Of a stretch of 64,000 nt of DNA, positions 19,781 to 30,969 are shown piece by piece. The notes beneath the pieces were generated by a model that was not told the DNA's origin, made no database searches, and worked only from the letters and a program-made list of their open reading frames with translations. The translations under genes and the position numbers were made by a program. Positions within the stretch are counted from its first letter, which is position 1. Each line of letters opens with the position of its first letter. Location: NCBI GenBank assembly GCA_021735655.1, contig JAIPGM010000002.1:192001-256000 (forward strand), read 5' to 3'. Source of the stretch: Candidatus Omnitrophota bacterium. Lineage in GTDB: Bacteria > Omnitrophota > Gorgyraeia > Duberdicusellales > 4484-171.

Positions 19781-21828
19781 GGAATTCTACGTATATTTTC
19801 CTCGGCCTTTCGGGCATTAAGATAATCCCCATACTCATAAAATAAGTCATGAGCTTTTAGGAAATTTTCTTTAGCTTTTTGGTTTTCTCCTAAAGCGGAG
19901 TAGGTTCTGCCCATGCCGAAGTATACCTGCGGAGAATCAGGTTTTATTATTAAAGCTTTACGGAAGTGCTGAATTGCTTTTTTGTATTGAACTAAGTTGG
20001 TATAAGTTTCCCCTAGGCTATAATGTATTTGAAAGTTGTCAGGGTCAAGGCGCAATGCCTTCTCAAGGTAGTTTAGGGCTTTTTGTTGTTCTGAGGCGTT
20101 TTTATTTTTTAGGCCTAGTTCATTATGGGCCTTAGACAGGCTAACATATATATCGGGAGATTCCGGAATTGAAGCAAGGACTTTTTCATATTTAGTAATT
20201 GCTCTTTCGTATTGACCTAAAGTTAAATAAGTATTCGCTAATCCGAGTTCCGCTGAGATAGAGGTTGGGTCTAATCTTAGGGCCTTTTCGAAATTATCTA
20301 TTGCCTTTTGAGAATCGCCTAAAAGTCTATAGACATCGCCCAAAGATAAATAGGTTAGAAAATAATCATCTTTTAGTTTTTGTGACCTTAGAAGATACTG
20401 TAATGCTTTTTGATATTGGCCAAGCCTTAGGTACACACTTCCAATGCTGCGGTAAATCTCTGGGTCTTTAGAATTTTTGGCTTCGGCATTTTCAATTGCT
20501 CGTTCAAGATATTGCAATGCTTCTTCAGGAATTCCTAAATCAGCGTAAATCTTGCTTAAAGCCTCGATGATGCCCGGGTAGTCAGGCTGTGCGAGAAAGA
20601 CCTGTTTGAATTCTTCAAGAGCTTCCTTGGGCCTATCAAGAATGCGGTAACATTCACCTAAAGGAAAATGAATTGTTGGGTTTCTAGGATCCAGTTTTAG
20701 CGCATAATTAAAAGCAGCCAGGGCTTGTTTGTGGCGACCCAAATTCATGTAGGTTTCACCGAGCAGCACTTGTGCGTAGATATAACCTGGTGAAATTTCA
20801 AGAGTTTTTCTACAGAAGGCTATTACTTTGTCGAAATTTTTGTTTTCACCTTGAGAATACCGATAGGCTTGACTTAGATAAAAGTTTGCTTTATAGAGTT
20901 TAAATAGTGTTTTATTACTGTCAGCTTCGGGTGGGTACAAGAAAACTTTGTTAACTTCACCAGTTGATGATTTGAATAAAACTGTTTTTGTTTTTTTATT
21001 AAAGTTATCGTTTATTGTAGCGCGTTTGATTTGGATAAAAGAAGAGTAGTTTTCGACTATTTCTCTAGTTATTCTTTCAACTTCTTTATCGGGCGTTGGG
21101 ATATCCGGACTATACTTTTTAATTCGGACATTAAAATCGACTATTATCCGAGAGCTTTGGTAGCGAACATCAATATCGTTAACTTCAAAGTTATCGTTTA
21201 AGCTCGGGGCCAAAAAGGTTCTAGAAATTCTTTCTTGAATTAGCATAGGAATAAACTCAGCTAAGCCAACATTATATTTGCGGAGGTAACGACCACGATC
21301 ATCTTCTAGTATGTTTTTATCGATAAAGGGAGTTTGAAAAGAAATAATTCGTTTTTCAAATTCATAGGCGGATATGTTAGTCGCTAAACCATAAGTGGCT
21401 AAGGTTAGTCTTATCTGATCAGGAATAAATATCAGTTCGTATTGGTTCATCCTGATTAAATTTATTCCTTTTAGACGTTGGATATCGGATTTAACAAAAC
21501 AATAAAATATTGGCGGAGCATCCATATTGAGAAGGGCTCGTTGTATTGATTGAGAAATTTTTCTGACAGTTTCAGACAAGTCTTCATCAACTTTTCCTTC
21601 TTCGTTTACTTTAAATTTGCCAGCTTCATCAAAAAATTCAACCGGGGCATAAACCCAAAGAGTCTCTCCAACCAGCCAAGTGCTTACTTCGATTTTATGC
21701 TCTTCCCTACAGATTTTTTTTATTATTTCGGCAATATCTTTACGTGAATAGGTTGGTGGGACAGAACAGGAAATTAGTAGAAGAGCGCAAAAACTAAGCA
21801 GGAGGTTTTTGAGAGGTATTTTTTGCAT
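19777..21828 (-). CDS. TPR-repeat lipoprotein (N-terminal non-TPR domain plus about 10 TPRs)
   Basis: Lipobox LLISCS; many TPR units in C-terminal half; overlaps the tandem FtsH gene by about 35 nt (co-operonic). Confidence 0.7.
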   Translation of the reverse strand: MQKIPLKNLLLSFCALLLISCSVPPTYSRKDIAEIIKKICREEHKIEVSTWLVGETLWVYAPVEFFDEAGKFKVNEEGKVDEDLSETVRKISQSIQRALLNMDAPPIFYCFVKSDIQRLKGINLIRMNQYELIFIPDQIRLTLATYGLATNISAYEFEKRIISFQTPFIDKNILEDDRGRYLRKYNVGLAEFIPMLIQERISRTFLAPSLNDNFEVNDIDVRYQSSRIIVDFNVRIKKYSPDIPTPDKEVERITREIVENYSSFIQIKRATINDNFNKKTKTVLFKSSTGEVNKVFLYPPEADSNKTLFKLYKANFYLSQAYRYSQGENKNFDKVIAFCRKTLEISPGYIYAQVLLGETYMNLGRHKQALAAFNYALKLDPRNPTIHFPLGECYRILDRPKEALEEFKQVFLAQPDYPGIIEALSKIYADLGIPEEALQYLERAIENAEAKNSKDPEIYRSIGSVYLRLGQYQKALQYLLRSQKLKDDYFLTYLSLGDVYRLLGDSQKAIDNFEKALRLDPTSISAELGLANTYLTLGQYERAITKYEKVLASIPESPDIYVSLSKAHNELGLKNKNASEQQKALNYLEKALRLDPDNFQIHYSLGETYTNLVQYKKAIQHFRKALIIKPDSPQVYFGMGRTYSALGENQKAKENFLKAHDLFYEYGDYLNARKAEENIRRIP

Positions 21829-24800
21829 ACTTTTTAAAAATTAGTTCTAGTTCAGATTGGGTAAGCTCTTCTTTTTTTAACAATTCACTTGTTAAATGTT
21901 CGAATAAATCTTTTTCTTTTTCTAATAAAGCAACGGTTGATTTAAGGCAATCCTGAAGTAATTCTTGAGTTTCCATATCTAACTTTGATTTCATTTCTTC
22001 AGACAGTAGATTGTTTTCGTTTTGTTCAAATAAAAAGTCACCAATGTATCCTGAACGACCCATGCCCCAACGCCAAACCATTGATCTAGCATACCACATC
22101 GAAGTTTTAAAATCCTGAGAAACACCATTGGTAGTGCTGGCAGTAATTTTCTCAGCAGCATATCCACCAAGAAAAATCTTGATAGTGGACAATAGTTCTT
22201 CCTTGGTGCCGGCGGAACGATCTCCTTTGGTAGCATACCAAGCTACACCTAAAGTTTTGTCTCTTGGAATAATAGATAACTTAAAGGGGAAATTTCCTTT
22301 TCCAAAAAAATACTCAGCTAAACAATGTCCGGCTTCATGGTAGGCGGTGGCCTTAAGCTCCTCGGGGGTTAATTTTAATTTCTTTTTTAAGCCTAATTCT
22401 ATTCTTTCTCGAGCTTCATCGAGCTCTTTCATACCCAGAATAGTTTTTTTCATTTTAGCAGTTAGAAGAGTGCCTTCTTTAATTAAATTAGCTATATCAG
22501 CCGGGGAATAACCCGGAGTAATACCGGCAAACATTTCAGGGTCAATCTCATCTTTGTTATACTTAGTTTTAGAAAGATAAAACTGAAATAACTGCTTTCT
22601 TTCGTCAAAGGTTGGTAAAGAAACATGGAGTTTTCGATCAAACCTTCCCGGCCTAAGAACCGCTTTATCCAAGTTACTTTCATCGGTATTGGTAGCGCCA
22701 ATAATAACAATATTATATTCAGCATCCTTTTCCTTTAAACCGTCCATTTCAACTAAAAATTGGTTTAAAGTTTGATTATGTTCTTGAGTACCGCCGAAAC
22801 CTTTGTCCATAGCCCTTTTGGCGCATAAAGCATCAATTTCATCAATAAAAATTATACAGCCACCTTTGGCTAATGCTTGCTCTCTAGCTTCCCTGAACAT
22901 TTGGCGCACTCGGCTTGCGCCCACACCGACAAACATTTCTACGAATTCTGAACCAGCCTTAGCGATAAAAGGGATCCCTGCCTCATTAGCGATAGCAGAG
23001 GCAAGATAAGTTTTTCCGCATCCAGGAGGGCCAAGCATTAACAAACCCTTAATAATTTGTCCACCCATTTGTTTTAGGTTGGCTCGGTCTTTTATTAAGC
23101 TGACAATTTCTTTGGCTTCGTCTTTTGCGCCTTCCATACCAATGATATCATCCCAACCTATAGAATCTTTTTTTGACTTTTTCATTCCTTCCATTATATA
23201 AGTAAGCCTAGTTTTCCCATGTTTTTTGAAGGTTTCTTCTATTTGATCGTAATCTAACTCTTCTTCTTTTAATAAACGGTTAGCAATTTCATCTAAAATT
23301 ACTTTTTCTCGACGTAATATTTCATTGACTTCATCCAAACATTTATTAATGATATCTTCTTTGTCTCTTTCAGAAATTTGCGAAGGGAAGCCATGTTCTT
23401 GAGTTATACCTCCTGGGCCCGAAGTCCCCATGCCCCACTGATCTACCATTTTCATCGCTAGATTGTTTGCTTGTTTAAGATCTTTCCCTACTCCGGAAGA
23501 TACCGAACCAAAGCGAATTTTTTCAGCAGCATAACCACCAAGAAAACTCTTTATTTGACCTAAAAGATATTCTTTATCCGGGATGTGGCGTTCTTCTTTG
23601 TCCCTTGTCCAGGTAACCCCTCCGGCTGAACGTCTAGGAATAATACTAGCCTTAAAAACATCTTGAGTTGGCACTAAAAAGTAAGTAGCCAGTGTGTGTC
23701 CGGCTTCATGGTAGGCGGCAATTTTTTTATCTTGGAGAGATAACACATATTCAGCTTTTATCCCGATATCGATTCTTTCTTTTGCGTCATGGATGTCGGA
23801 CAAATCAACTTGATTTTTTTTCTTACGGGTAGCAATTAGAGAAGATTCACGAACAATGTTTGCTATGTCAGCTGGGCTATTGCCAACTGTAAAACGAGCT
23901 AACTTAGCAAAATCAATTTTTTCCTTATTGTAGGAAATCTTGGTGAAATAGTATTGTAAAAGATCTTCACGTTCTTTTAACCCGGGGAGCCCAACATAAA
24001 CTTTGCGGTCGAATCGTCCGGGACGCATTAGGGCGCTATCAAGTTCACTCTCGGGAACATTTGTCGCCGCGATTATTACGATATTGTCTTTGGCAGTATC
24101 TAACCCGTCCAATTCAGTTAAAAGCTGATTAACGGTAGCATTATAATCTTGACCGGCACGGCCGCCTCCGGAACTTTCTATTCTCGGTCGGGCGAAAGTA
24201 TCAATTTCATCGATAAAAATTATACAACCACCATCTATTTCAGCGGAGATTCTGGCTTCCTTAAATAGGCTTTTTACTCGATTGGCGCCAACCCCGACAA
24301 ACATACCTTGGAATTCACTACCGGCAACGTGAAGAAAGGGGAGTTTCGTTTCAGTAGCGATAGCTTTAGCCAGATAAGTCTTTCCGCATCCAGGAGGGCC
24401 AATCATTAAAACACCTTTAATAATTTTTCCGCCAACCCGGTCTAAATTAGTATGGTCATTTATGAGCTGAATTACTTCCCAGACTTCCTTCTTTATGTTT
24501 TCCATCCCAATAACGTCAGACCATCTGACATTCACTGATTGCGGTTTTACTTTTTTTGATTTTAATTTATCAAGACCTCCCCCCCAAAGAAAGTATACAA
24601 ATATACTTGTCGTTATTGCACCGGATACAGTACCGACAATTAGCATAAAAAAGATTTGCAGAGGAATACCGGCAAGCATTGATTTACGAAAAAAAGAATC
24701 TAACTGGAAGAAGGTTCGAAGGCCAACAGTGGTTAAAGCAATTATGCTTAGAATTAGGAGAATAGCTACACTTATTATCGTAACTTTTATCCAGTGTAGT

Positions 24801-24841
24801 TTTATATACTTTGTTAATCGTTGATTTGAGCTATTTGCCAT
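21794..24841 (-). CDS. internally duplicated FtsH-like membrane protease: TM-TM-AAA+-M41-AAA+-M41 (start moved to MANSS ATG with GGGAGG RBS)
   Basis: Two copies each of Walker A GPPGCGKT, Walker B IIFIDEID, pore loop MFVGVG, SRH ATN..RPGRFDR and zinc site HEAGH. Confidence 0.85.
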   Translation of the reverse strand: MANSSNQRLTKYIKLHWIKVTIISVAILLILSIIALTTVGLRTFFQLDSFFRKSMLAGIPLQIFFMLIVGTVSGAITTSIFVYFLWGGGLDKLKSKKVKPQSVNVRWSDVIGMENIKKEVWEVIQLINDHTNLDRVGGKIIKGVLMIGPPGCGKTYLAKAIATETKLPFLHVAGSEFQGMFVGVGANRVKSLFKEARISAEIDGGCIIFIDEIDTFARPRIESSGGGRAGQDYNATVNQLLTELDGLDTAKDNIVIIAATNVPESELDSALMRPGRFDRKVYVGLPGLKEREDLLQYYFTKISYNKEKIDFAKLARFTVGNSPADIANIVRESSLIATRKKKNQVDLSDIHDAKERIDIGIKAEYVLSLQDKKIAAYHEAGHTLATYFLVPTQDVFKASIIPRRSAGGVTWTRDKEERHIPDKEYLLGQIKSFLGGYAAEKIRFGSVSSGVGKDLKQANNLAMKMVDQWGMGTSGPGGITQEHGFPSQISERDKEDIINKCLDEVNEILRREKVILDEIANRLLKEEELDYDQIEETFKKHGKTRLTYIMEGMKKSKKDSIGWDDIIGMEGAKDEAKEIVSLIKDRANLKQMGGQIIKGLLMLGPPGCGKTYLASAIANEAGIPFIAKAGSEFVEMFVGVGASRVRQMFREAREQALAKGGCIIFIDEIDALCAKRAMDKGFGGTQEHNQTLNQFLVEMDGLKEKDAEYNIVIIGATNTDESNLDKAVLRPGRFDRKLHVSLPTFDERKQLFQFYLSKTKYNKDEIDPEMFAGITPGYSPADIANLIKEGTLLTAKMKKTILGMKELDEARERIELGLKKKLKLTPEELKATAYHEAGHCLAEYFFGKGNFPFKLSIIPRDKTLGVAWYATKGDRSAGTKEELLSTIKIFLGGYAAEKITASTTNGVSQDFKTSMWYARSMVWRWGMGRSGYIGDFLFEQNENNLLSEEMKSKLDMETQELLQDCLKSTVALLEKEKDLFEHLTSELLKKEELTQSELELIFKKYAKNTSQKPPA

Positions 24842-24977
24842 GGATTCGCCTCCCGAGATTAAGAATACCATATATTTTTATTATTGTCTACTTCTTAGAT
24901 GTTGCCAACACCTATTTTAATAAGGTTTCCCTGCTCTGTAAGCGATTACATCTATATTCATATATATAAAAAATAGC

Positions 24978-25005
24978 TTGCTAAAACAACCGAATAAGCT
25001 ATAAT
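24978..25005 (+). promoter_or_regulatory. sigma70-like promoter TTGCTA-16-TATAAT, 7 nt upstream of hflK ATG (leaderless)
   Basis: -35 at 24978-24983, -10 at 25000-25005, ATG 25013, no SD. Confidence 0.45.
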
Positions 25006-25012
25006 CTATTTT

Positions 25013-26026
25013 ATGGAATTTCAAAGTCGACAGCCCGATGAAATCTTTCAAAATTTAAAACAAAAATTTAGTGGCCAGAGGCCGAAAGGTTTTTGGTTTC
25101 CTTTACTAATTGGTATTGCTATCTTGTCTATATTTTTAAACGGGGCCGGACTTTCTCCCAATCCTTTTTATACTATTCAGCCAGACGAAGTTGGTGTTGT
25201 TTTACGTTTTGGAAAATTCATCAAGGCCACTAATCCTGGTCTTCATTTTAAGTATCCTTTAATTGAAAGAGTTATCCCAGTTAAGGTTGAGAAAGTTTAC
25301 ACTGAAGAGTTTGGCTTTAGAACTCAATCCCCAGGGGTAAGAACTGTCTATAGCCCGAAGTCGTTTGATGATGAGTCGTTAATGCTTACCGGAGATTTAA
25401 ATGTATTAGATTTAGAATGGATTGTTCAATATAAAATAAGTGACCCTTTCGGTGCTTTGTTTAATATACGAAAATTGGTTAAGGCTATACGTGATGTTTC
25501 TGAGTCAGTAGTTCGAAGATTAGTCGGCGATCATTCTTTTAACGAAGTTCTTACTACCGAACGAATAGAGATAAATAATCAAATTCAAGATGAGATGCAA
25601 GAAATTCTTGATTCTTACAACTGTGGAATTCAAATCGTTAAGGTAAAATTACAAGATGTTAACCCGCCTGACCCGGTTAAACCAGCCTTTAATGAAGTAA
25701 ACCAGGCAAAGCAGGAGCGAGAGAAGTTGAAGAACCAGGCTTGGGAAGTTTATAACCAAAAAATACCACAAGCCAAGGGCGAAGCTCTTAAGTTATTTCA
25801 AGAAGCTGAGGGTTACGCTACCGAGAAGGTTAATTGGGCAAAGGGTGATGCGGAGCGTTTCTTGCTGCTTTATAAAGAATACACCAAAGCTAAAGATGTC
25901 ACCTTGAAACGACTGTACTTAGAAAACATGAGTCAAATTCTTAAAAAAGCTGGTAAAAAATACATTCTTGATCCTAAAGAAAAGGGGATTCTTCCCTTAC
26001 TAAAGCTAGAGAGTCAAAATGAATAA
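25013..26026 (+). CDS. hflK: SPFH/band-7 protein HflK (FtsH modulator)
   Basis: N-terminal TM plus SPFH domain plus HflK C-terminal coiled coil. Confidence 0.8.
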   Translation: MEFQSRQPDEIFQNLKQKFSGQRPKGFWFPLLIGIAILSIFLNGAGLSPNPFYTIQPDEVGVVLRFGKFIKATNPGLHFKYPLIERVIPVKVEKVYTEEFGFRTQSPGVRTVYSPKSFDDESLMLTGDLNVLDLEWIVQYKISDPFGALFNIRKLVKAIRDVSESVVRRLVGDHSFNEVLTTERIEINNQIQDEMQEILDSYNCGIQIVKVKLQDVNPPDPVKPAFNEVNQAKQEREKLKNQAWEVYNQKIPQAKGEALKLFQEAEGYATEKVNWAKGDAERFLLLYKEYTKAKDVTLKRLYLENMSQILKKAGKKYILDPKEKGILPLLKLESQNE

Positions 26027-26966
26027 GAAGTTTGGTTTAATTCCTTTAATAATTATTTTTGTAGTTATTTTGCTAGGCAATCCTTTTTATGTCATAACTG
26101 AAGGCCAACAGGCAGTGATTACTTTATTAGGTAAACCAAAGCGTATAGTTATTGAGTCAGGATTAAAGTTAAAGGTTCCTTTTCTTGAGAAAGTAAATAA
26201 ATTTGAAAAGCGAATATTAGAGTGGGATGGTTACCCTAACGAGATACCAACTAAAGATAAACGTTACATTTGGATTGATACTACTGCTCGTTGGAGAATA
26301 GTCGATGCTTTGAAATTTTTTAAAGCCGCTTCCTCAGAACGTGGTGCCCAAACCATACTCGACGGGATTATTGATGCAGCGGTCAGAGATGCGATTACCG
26401 CTCAGAAATCAACTGAAGTTGTGCGGTCTTCGAACAGGTTACTGGAAAGTCTAAAAACTGCTAAAACCGAAGAAGGCTTTGTTGATGAGAGCGCCTTGGA
26501 TGCAACTGAGATTGGTCGAGACAAAATTCGTGAAGAGATAGTTGAAAAAGCAAGGGGAGACTTAGGCTCTCGCTATGGAATCGAGCTAATTGATGTCAGA
26601 ATTAAACGAATTAATTATATCGAAAAAGTTCAACAGGATGTCTACGAGCGAATGATTGCTGAACGTAAACGAGCCGCTGAGCAATATCGTTCTGAAGGAA
26701 GAGGGATTAGGGCTGATGTTGAAGGGCGTACCGAAAAAGAGCTTAAGTCGATTCTTTCAGAAGCTTATAAGAAGGCTCAAACCATTAAAGGTGAAGCTGA
26801 TGCCGAGTCTACAAAGATTTATGCTGATGCTTATGGGAAAGATCCTGAATTCTTCGCATTTTTAAAAACTCTCGAAACTTACAATGATACCGTTGATAAA
26901 AATACGATAATTATCCTAACTACTGAAGGGGAGTATTATAAGTATTTGAATGCAATCAATCCTTAA
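26019..26966 (+). CDS. hflC: SPFH/band-7 protein HflC
   Basis: SPFH domain; overlaps hflK stop. Confidence 0.8.
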   Translation: MNKKFGLIPLIIIFVVILLGNPFYVITEGQQAVITLLGKPKRIVIESGLKLKVPFLEKVNKFEKRILEWDGYPNEIPTKDKRYIWIDTTARWRIVDALKFFKAASSERGAQTILDGIIDAAVRDAITAQKSTEVVRSSNRLLESLKTAKTEEGFVDESALDATEIGRDKIREEIVEKARGDLGSRYGIELIDVRIKRINYIEKVQQDVYERMIAERKRAAEQYRSEGRGIRADVEGRTEKELKSILSEAYKKAQTIKGEADAESTKIYADAYGKDPEFFAFLKTLETYNDTVDKNTIIILTTEGEYYKYLNAINP

Positions 26967-26993
26967 AGTCCTTCTGCTTATTTTCCCACACAA

Positions 26994-27845
26994 ATGAATA
27001 CTGCAACTTTATTAATATCTTGTCCCGATCAAAAAGGCATAACCGCAAGTATTACCGATTTTATTTATCGGCATCAAGGAAATATTGAACATGCCGATCA
27101 ACATATCGATTTTCAATCTAATATCTTTTTCATGCGGATCGAATGGTCTTTGGATAATTTTGAAATTCCCAAAGATAAAATTAAAGAATCATTCAATTCT
27201 CTAGCTGATAAGTTCAGAATGAACTTTTCGCTTCATTTTAGTTCTAAAATTCCCCGAATGGCAATTTTTGTCTCAAAGCAAACCCATTGTCTCTACGATT
27301 TACTGCTTAAATACAAACAGGGGCACTTGCGTTGCGAGATACCTTTAATAATTAGTAATCATTCCGAAGTTAAAGAAATTGCTAAAAGTTTTAACCTGAA
27401 GTTTTTCTATTCAGTTAAGAATCAAAAAAATAAAGTAGCTTCTGAAAATAAAGAGCTGACCTTACTAGCTAAGGAAAAAGTAGATTTTCTTGTCTTAGCC
27501 AGATACGGACAAATTTTTACCAAAGAGTTTGTTGAAAATTTCCCTAGTCGAATTATAAATATCCATCATTCTTTTTTACCGGCCTTTATTGGCTCAGATC
27601 CTTATCGTCAGGCTTATTCTCGGGGAGTTAAAATTATTGGAGCAACTAGTCATTACGTAACTGAAGCTCTTGATGCTGGGCCGATTATTGATCAGGACAT
27701 TACTAGGGTTAGTCACCGCGACTGCTTAGAAGATTTGAAGCGGGAAGGCCAAGATTTAGAGCGCACAGTCCTAAGTCGGGCAGTTCGTTGGCACCTTGAG
27801 CACAAAATCTTAGTTTATGCTAATAAAACTGTTGTTTTTGATTAA
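26994..27845 (+). CDS. purU: formyltetrahydrofolate deformylase
   Basis: N-terminal ACT domain plus formyl transferase domain, 283 aa. Confidence 0.85.
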   Translation: MNTATLLISCPDQKGITASITDFIYRHQGNIEHADQHIDFQSNIFFMRIEWSLDNFEIPKDKIKESFNSLADKFRMNFSLHFSSKIPRMAIFVSKQTHCLYDLLLKYKQGHLRCEIPLIISNHSEVKEIAKSFNLKFFYSVKNQKNKVASENKELTLLAKEKVDFLVLARYGQIFTKEFVENFPSRIINIHHSFLPAFIGSDPYRQAYSRGVKIIGATSHYVTEALDAGPIIDQDITRVSHRDCLEDLKREGQDLERTVLSRAVRWHLEHKILVYANKTVVFD

Positions 27846-27886
27846 ATATTGCAATATTTTTAATATATGTTAAAATAACCATCTTT

Positions 27887-27924
27887 GTAAGCGCAGAAAA
27901 TAACCGCGCTTACACCTCTTTTTT
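27887..27924 (+). terminator. rho-independent terminator after purU
   Basis: Perfect 8-bp stem GTAAGCGC/GCGCTTAC with 11-nt loop, followed by CTCTTTTTT. Confidence 0.7.
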
Positions 27925-27954
27925 AAATTTTACAATATTCAAGGGAGGAGCGTA

Positions 27955-29238
27955 ATGAAAAAAATACTTAAGTTTACTGCTATCATTGTCTTATTGTTGT
28001 TTGTTTTTGGCTGTTCTGGTCAAAAACCTAAAGACGGCACAGTGGTCGTTTGGCATTGGATGACCGACAGAAAAGATGCTTTTTTAGAGTTAGCTAAAAA
28101 GTATCAGGCTGAAACCGGCGTAACTGTTGAATTTAAACTGCTATTTCCTCCGGAAACCTATTCAATGAAGGTTACTGCCGGAGCCCGAGCAAAAACCCTA
28201 CCTGATATTTTTGGTATTTTAGGTGAGAAAAAAACAGTTGGTTCGTTCATTCGGGCAAAGCATATATCTGATCTTACTTCCGATATGACTGCTGATTCAA
28301 AAACATGGCAGAAACGTTTTTACCCTCAAACTTTAGATGTAGTTGTATTTAAGAAAAACAATTATTCTGGTGTCAAACCGGGAATATACGGTGTCCCAAT
28401 AGATACTACGGTTATGCAGTTTGTTTATAACAAATCACTTCTTAATGATTTAGGCTTGCCAGGACCTCCGGAAACTTTTGAGGATTTTATCAACTATGCA
28501 AATCGAGTAAAAGAAAAAGAAAAAACTTTCGGTTTTGTTTGTGGCTGGGGTGAAGGCTGGTTGCTTAATGCTTTAGCGACTGAATGGGCAATAAACCTTA
28601 TGGGGGAAAAGAAGTTTTTAAGTACCCTTGAAGGGAGTGTTTCTTATACTGACCCTGACTGGATAAAGGTTTTTTCATTATTCGAGACCTTGCGTAACTC
28701 CGGCATTCTTTCACCGAATATCGCGACTATGACCAACAAAGAGTCAGAGAATGCTTTTTCTAAAGGCAAAGCTTTGTTTTCTTTTAATGGTAGTTGGTCA
28801 ATGAATGTTTATGCACAACTTAATCCCGAACTTAATTATGGCTTTTTTTCACTTCCCAAGGTTTCGAAAAATTATCCGGTAAAGGTTTGGGGAGGTTCAG
28901 GAACCTCGTTTATGGTTAATGACCGTTCTCCTAATAAGGACAAAGCCATTGAATTTCTTAAATGGTTAACCAAAAAGGAACAACAGATCTTTTTGATTAA
29001 GGAAACTAACAATCTGCCGGCGATTAAAGGCTGTGAAGATCAGATGTCAGAAAGGCTTAAAAAACTTACTTTAAATTTAAATAACCTTACTCATCCTGAT
29101 GTTTGGCCGGGCAATGAGGATTCAAGGGTAATTGAATCTTTGAATCGTGGCCTGCAGCAAATAGTCATGGGCCTCAAAAAACCTCAAGAGGTTGCTAAAG
29201 AGGTGCAGGAAAAGAAAGACAAAATTGTAAAAAGATGA
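27955..29238 (+). CDS. sugar ABC transporter substrate-binding lipoprotein (SBP family 1)
   Basis: Lipobox FGCSG; SBP_bac_1-like; GGGAGG RBS. Confidence 0.75.
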   Translation: MKKILKFTAIIVLLLFVFGCSGQKPKDGTVVVWHWMTDRKDAFLELAKKYQAETGVTVEFKLLFPPETYSMKVTAGARAKTLPDIFGILGEKKTVGSFIRAKHISDLTSDMTADSKTWQKRFYPQTLDVVVFKKNNYSGVKPGIYGVPIDTTVMQFVYNKSLLNDLGLPGPPETFEDFINYANRVKEKEKTFGFVCGWGEGWLLNALATEWAINLMGEKKFLSTLEGSVSYTDPDWIKVFSLFETLRNSGILSPNIATMTNKESENAFSKGKALFSFNGSWSMNVYAQLNPELNYGFFSLPKVSKNYPVKVWGGSGTSFMVNDRSPNKDKAIEFLKWLTKKEQQIFLIKETNNLPAIKGCEDQMSERLKKLTLNLNNLTHPDVWPGNEDSRVIESLNRGLQQIVMGLKKPQEVAKEVQEKKDKIVKR

Positions 29239-30149
29239 ATTCTTCGGTAAAAGAGAATAGCGTAAATTTTTCATTCATTTTTCCAGCCCTTTTTATTTTT
29301 TCGGTTTTTTATATCTACCCCTTCTTTTACAGTTTCATTTTAAGTTTAACTAATTATGATCTGATTGGAGATTTTAACTTAAAAGAATACTATATCGGCT
29401 TTGGTAATTTTCAAGACGCCTTAACCGACAAAGACTGGTGGAGTTCGATGTATAACGGAGGCTTCATCACCTTTTGGGCTTTGACTTTTCAAAATATTTT
29501 AGCATTTGCTTTAGCTCTTGCTGTCGATAAGGTAGTACGGTTAAAGAAATTTTATCGAGTCGTATTTTTTATTTTGCCGGTTCTTTCAGAAATTATAATC
29601 GGTTTATTAATGAAACAACTTTTGATTGGTGAGCCTATCGGCAGGGATGTGTTTAATCATATTTTAACTAACCTCCATTTGGGATTTTTAGCTCAGGATT
29701 GGATTGGCGGAGAGAATGTACGTCTGGTTACGGCCTTAGTCCATTGCTGGAAAGGCTTTGGGTGGGCGTTTGTTATATTTTTTGCTGGTTTACAAACTAT
29801 TCCTGAACAACTATACGAGGCAGCAAAAATTGACGGCGCTGGAGCCTGGCAGCAATTTCGTAAAATTACCGTCCCTTTGCTTATGCCCGTCATTACTCTA
29901 ATTATTGTTCTTACAATATTAGGCACTATGCAGGCCTTTGCTATGATCTTAGCTTTAAATGCCGGGGCTGGAGGCCAAACGACGGTGCCGGTTATGATTA
30001 TTTTTTCTCATATTGGCGGAGCCAGTAAGCTGGCCGGGCTAGCCTGCGCCGAGGGTCTTATTCTAGGGGTGATGCTGGTTATAGTTTCATTTACTATGTT
30101 TTTTGTTTCCAAAAAAGTAAAGGAAAAATATGGTGTATTACCGAGCTAA
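29235..30149 (+). CDS. sugar ABC transporter permease (MalF/UgpA-like)
   Basis: EAA loop AAKIDGAGAWQQFRKITVP; 6 TM. Confidence 0.8.
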   Translation: MNSSVKENSVNFSFIFPALFIFSVFYIYPFFYSFILSLTNYDLIGDFNLKEYYIGFGNFQDALTDKDWWSSMYNGGFITFWALTFQNILAFALALAVDKVVRLKKFYRVVFFILPVLSEIIIGLLMKQLLIGEPIGRDVFNHILTNLHLGFLAQDWIGGENVRLVTALVHCWKGFGWAFVIFFAGLQTIPEQLYEAAKIDGAGAWQQFRKITVPLLMPVITLIIVLTILGTMQAFAMILALNAGAGGQTTVPVMIIFSHIGGASKLAGLACAEGLILGVMLVIVSFTMFFVSKKVKEKYGVLPS

Positions 30150-30969
30150 GAAAATAGTCACTTTAATTATTTTACATACATTTCTTTTTAGTGTTGCCTT
30201 GAGTTGTATTTTTCCTTTTTTCTGGATGATTAACGTATCCTTAAAAACTCAAAGCCAATATGATGCTGACTCAGGCTTAAAAATTTCTAGTTCTTTAAAT
30301 TGGGACAACTATTACAAAGTAATAGTTGAAGGTGAATTTTGGCGTTATATTGTTAACAGTGTTATTTATACGTTCTCTACGGTTATTTTTATTGTTCTTG
30401 TATCTTCTTTAGCCGCCTATGGATTTTCCCGTCTTCATTTTCCCGGTAAGAATATTATCTTTTTTATGTTTTTGGCGGCGATGATGATACCGCTTCCAGC
30501 CGGTTTTGTTCCAGTGTATGCACTCTTGCAACAACTAGGTCTCTTAAATCGAACCGGATATGTTTTAGCTATGACAAATATCGGTCTTTCTTTCAGTATC
30601 TACCTTTTAAAAACTTTTTTTGACCAATTGCCGCGCGATCTTGAGGATGCAGCCAGAATGGACGGTTGCACCAAGTTTCAAATTTATTGGCATGTTGGTT
30701 TGCCTTTAGTTGCTCCAGCTCTTGGCGTAGTTGTTATTTTCAACGCTTTAAATGTTTGGAATGAGTTTGTTTTAGCTAAACTTATATTTACTGACGAACA
30801 ATTTATGCCCCTTCAAGCTGGATTAATGGAATTTACTGGGAAAATGGTAACCCAACACACTCTGATCATGGCCGCTTTAACCATAGCGGCTCTTCCGATA
30901 ATTCTATTGTATATTAAGATGCAAAAGCAATTTATTAAAGGGCTTACTGCCGGAGCAGTGGTAGGATAA
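30130..30969 (+). CDS. sugar ABC transporter permease (MalG/UgpE-like)
   Basis: EAA loop DAARMDGCTKFQIYWHVGLP. Confidence 0.8.
   Translation: MVYYRAKKIVTLIILHTFLFSVALSCIFPFFWMINVSLKTQSQYDADSGLKISSSLNWDNYYKVIVEGEFWRYIVNSVIYTFSTVIFIVLVSSLAAYGFSRLHFPGKNIIFFMFLAAMMIPLPAGFVPVYALLQQLGLLNRTGYVLAMTNIGLSFSIYLLKTFFDQLPRDLEDAARMDGCTKFQIYWHVGLPLVAPALGVVVIFNALNVWNEFVLAKLIFTDEQFMPLQAGLMEFTGKMVTQHTLIMAALTIAALPIILLYIKMQKQFIKGLTAGAVVG

Noticed and set aside
24872-24977. Promoter for the tandem-FtsH gene (minus strand TTGGCA-19-TAATAA)
   Set aside because: The spacer is 19 nt and the -10 is poor, so this is not convincing. The start codon was re-assigned by its GGGAGG RBS instead.
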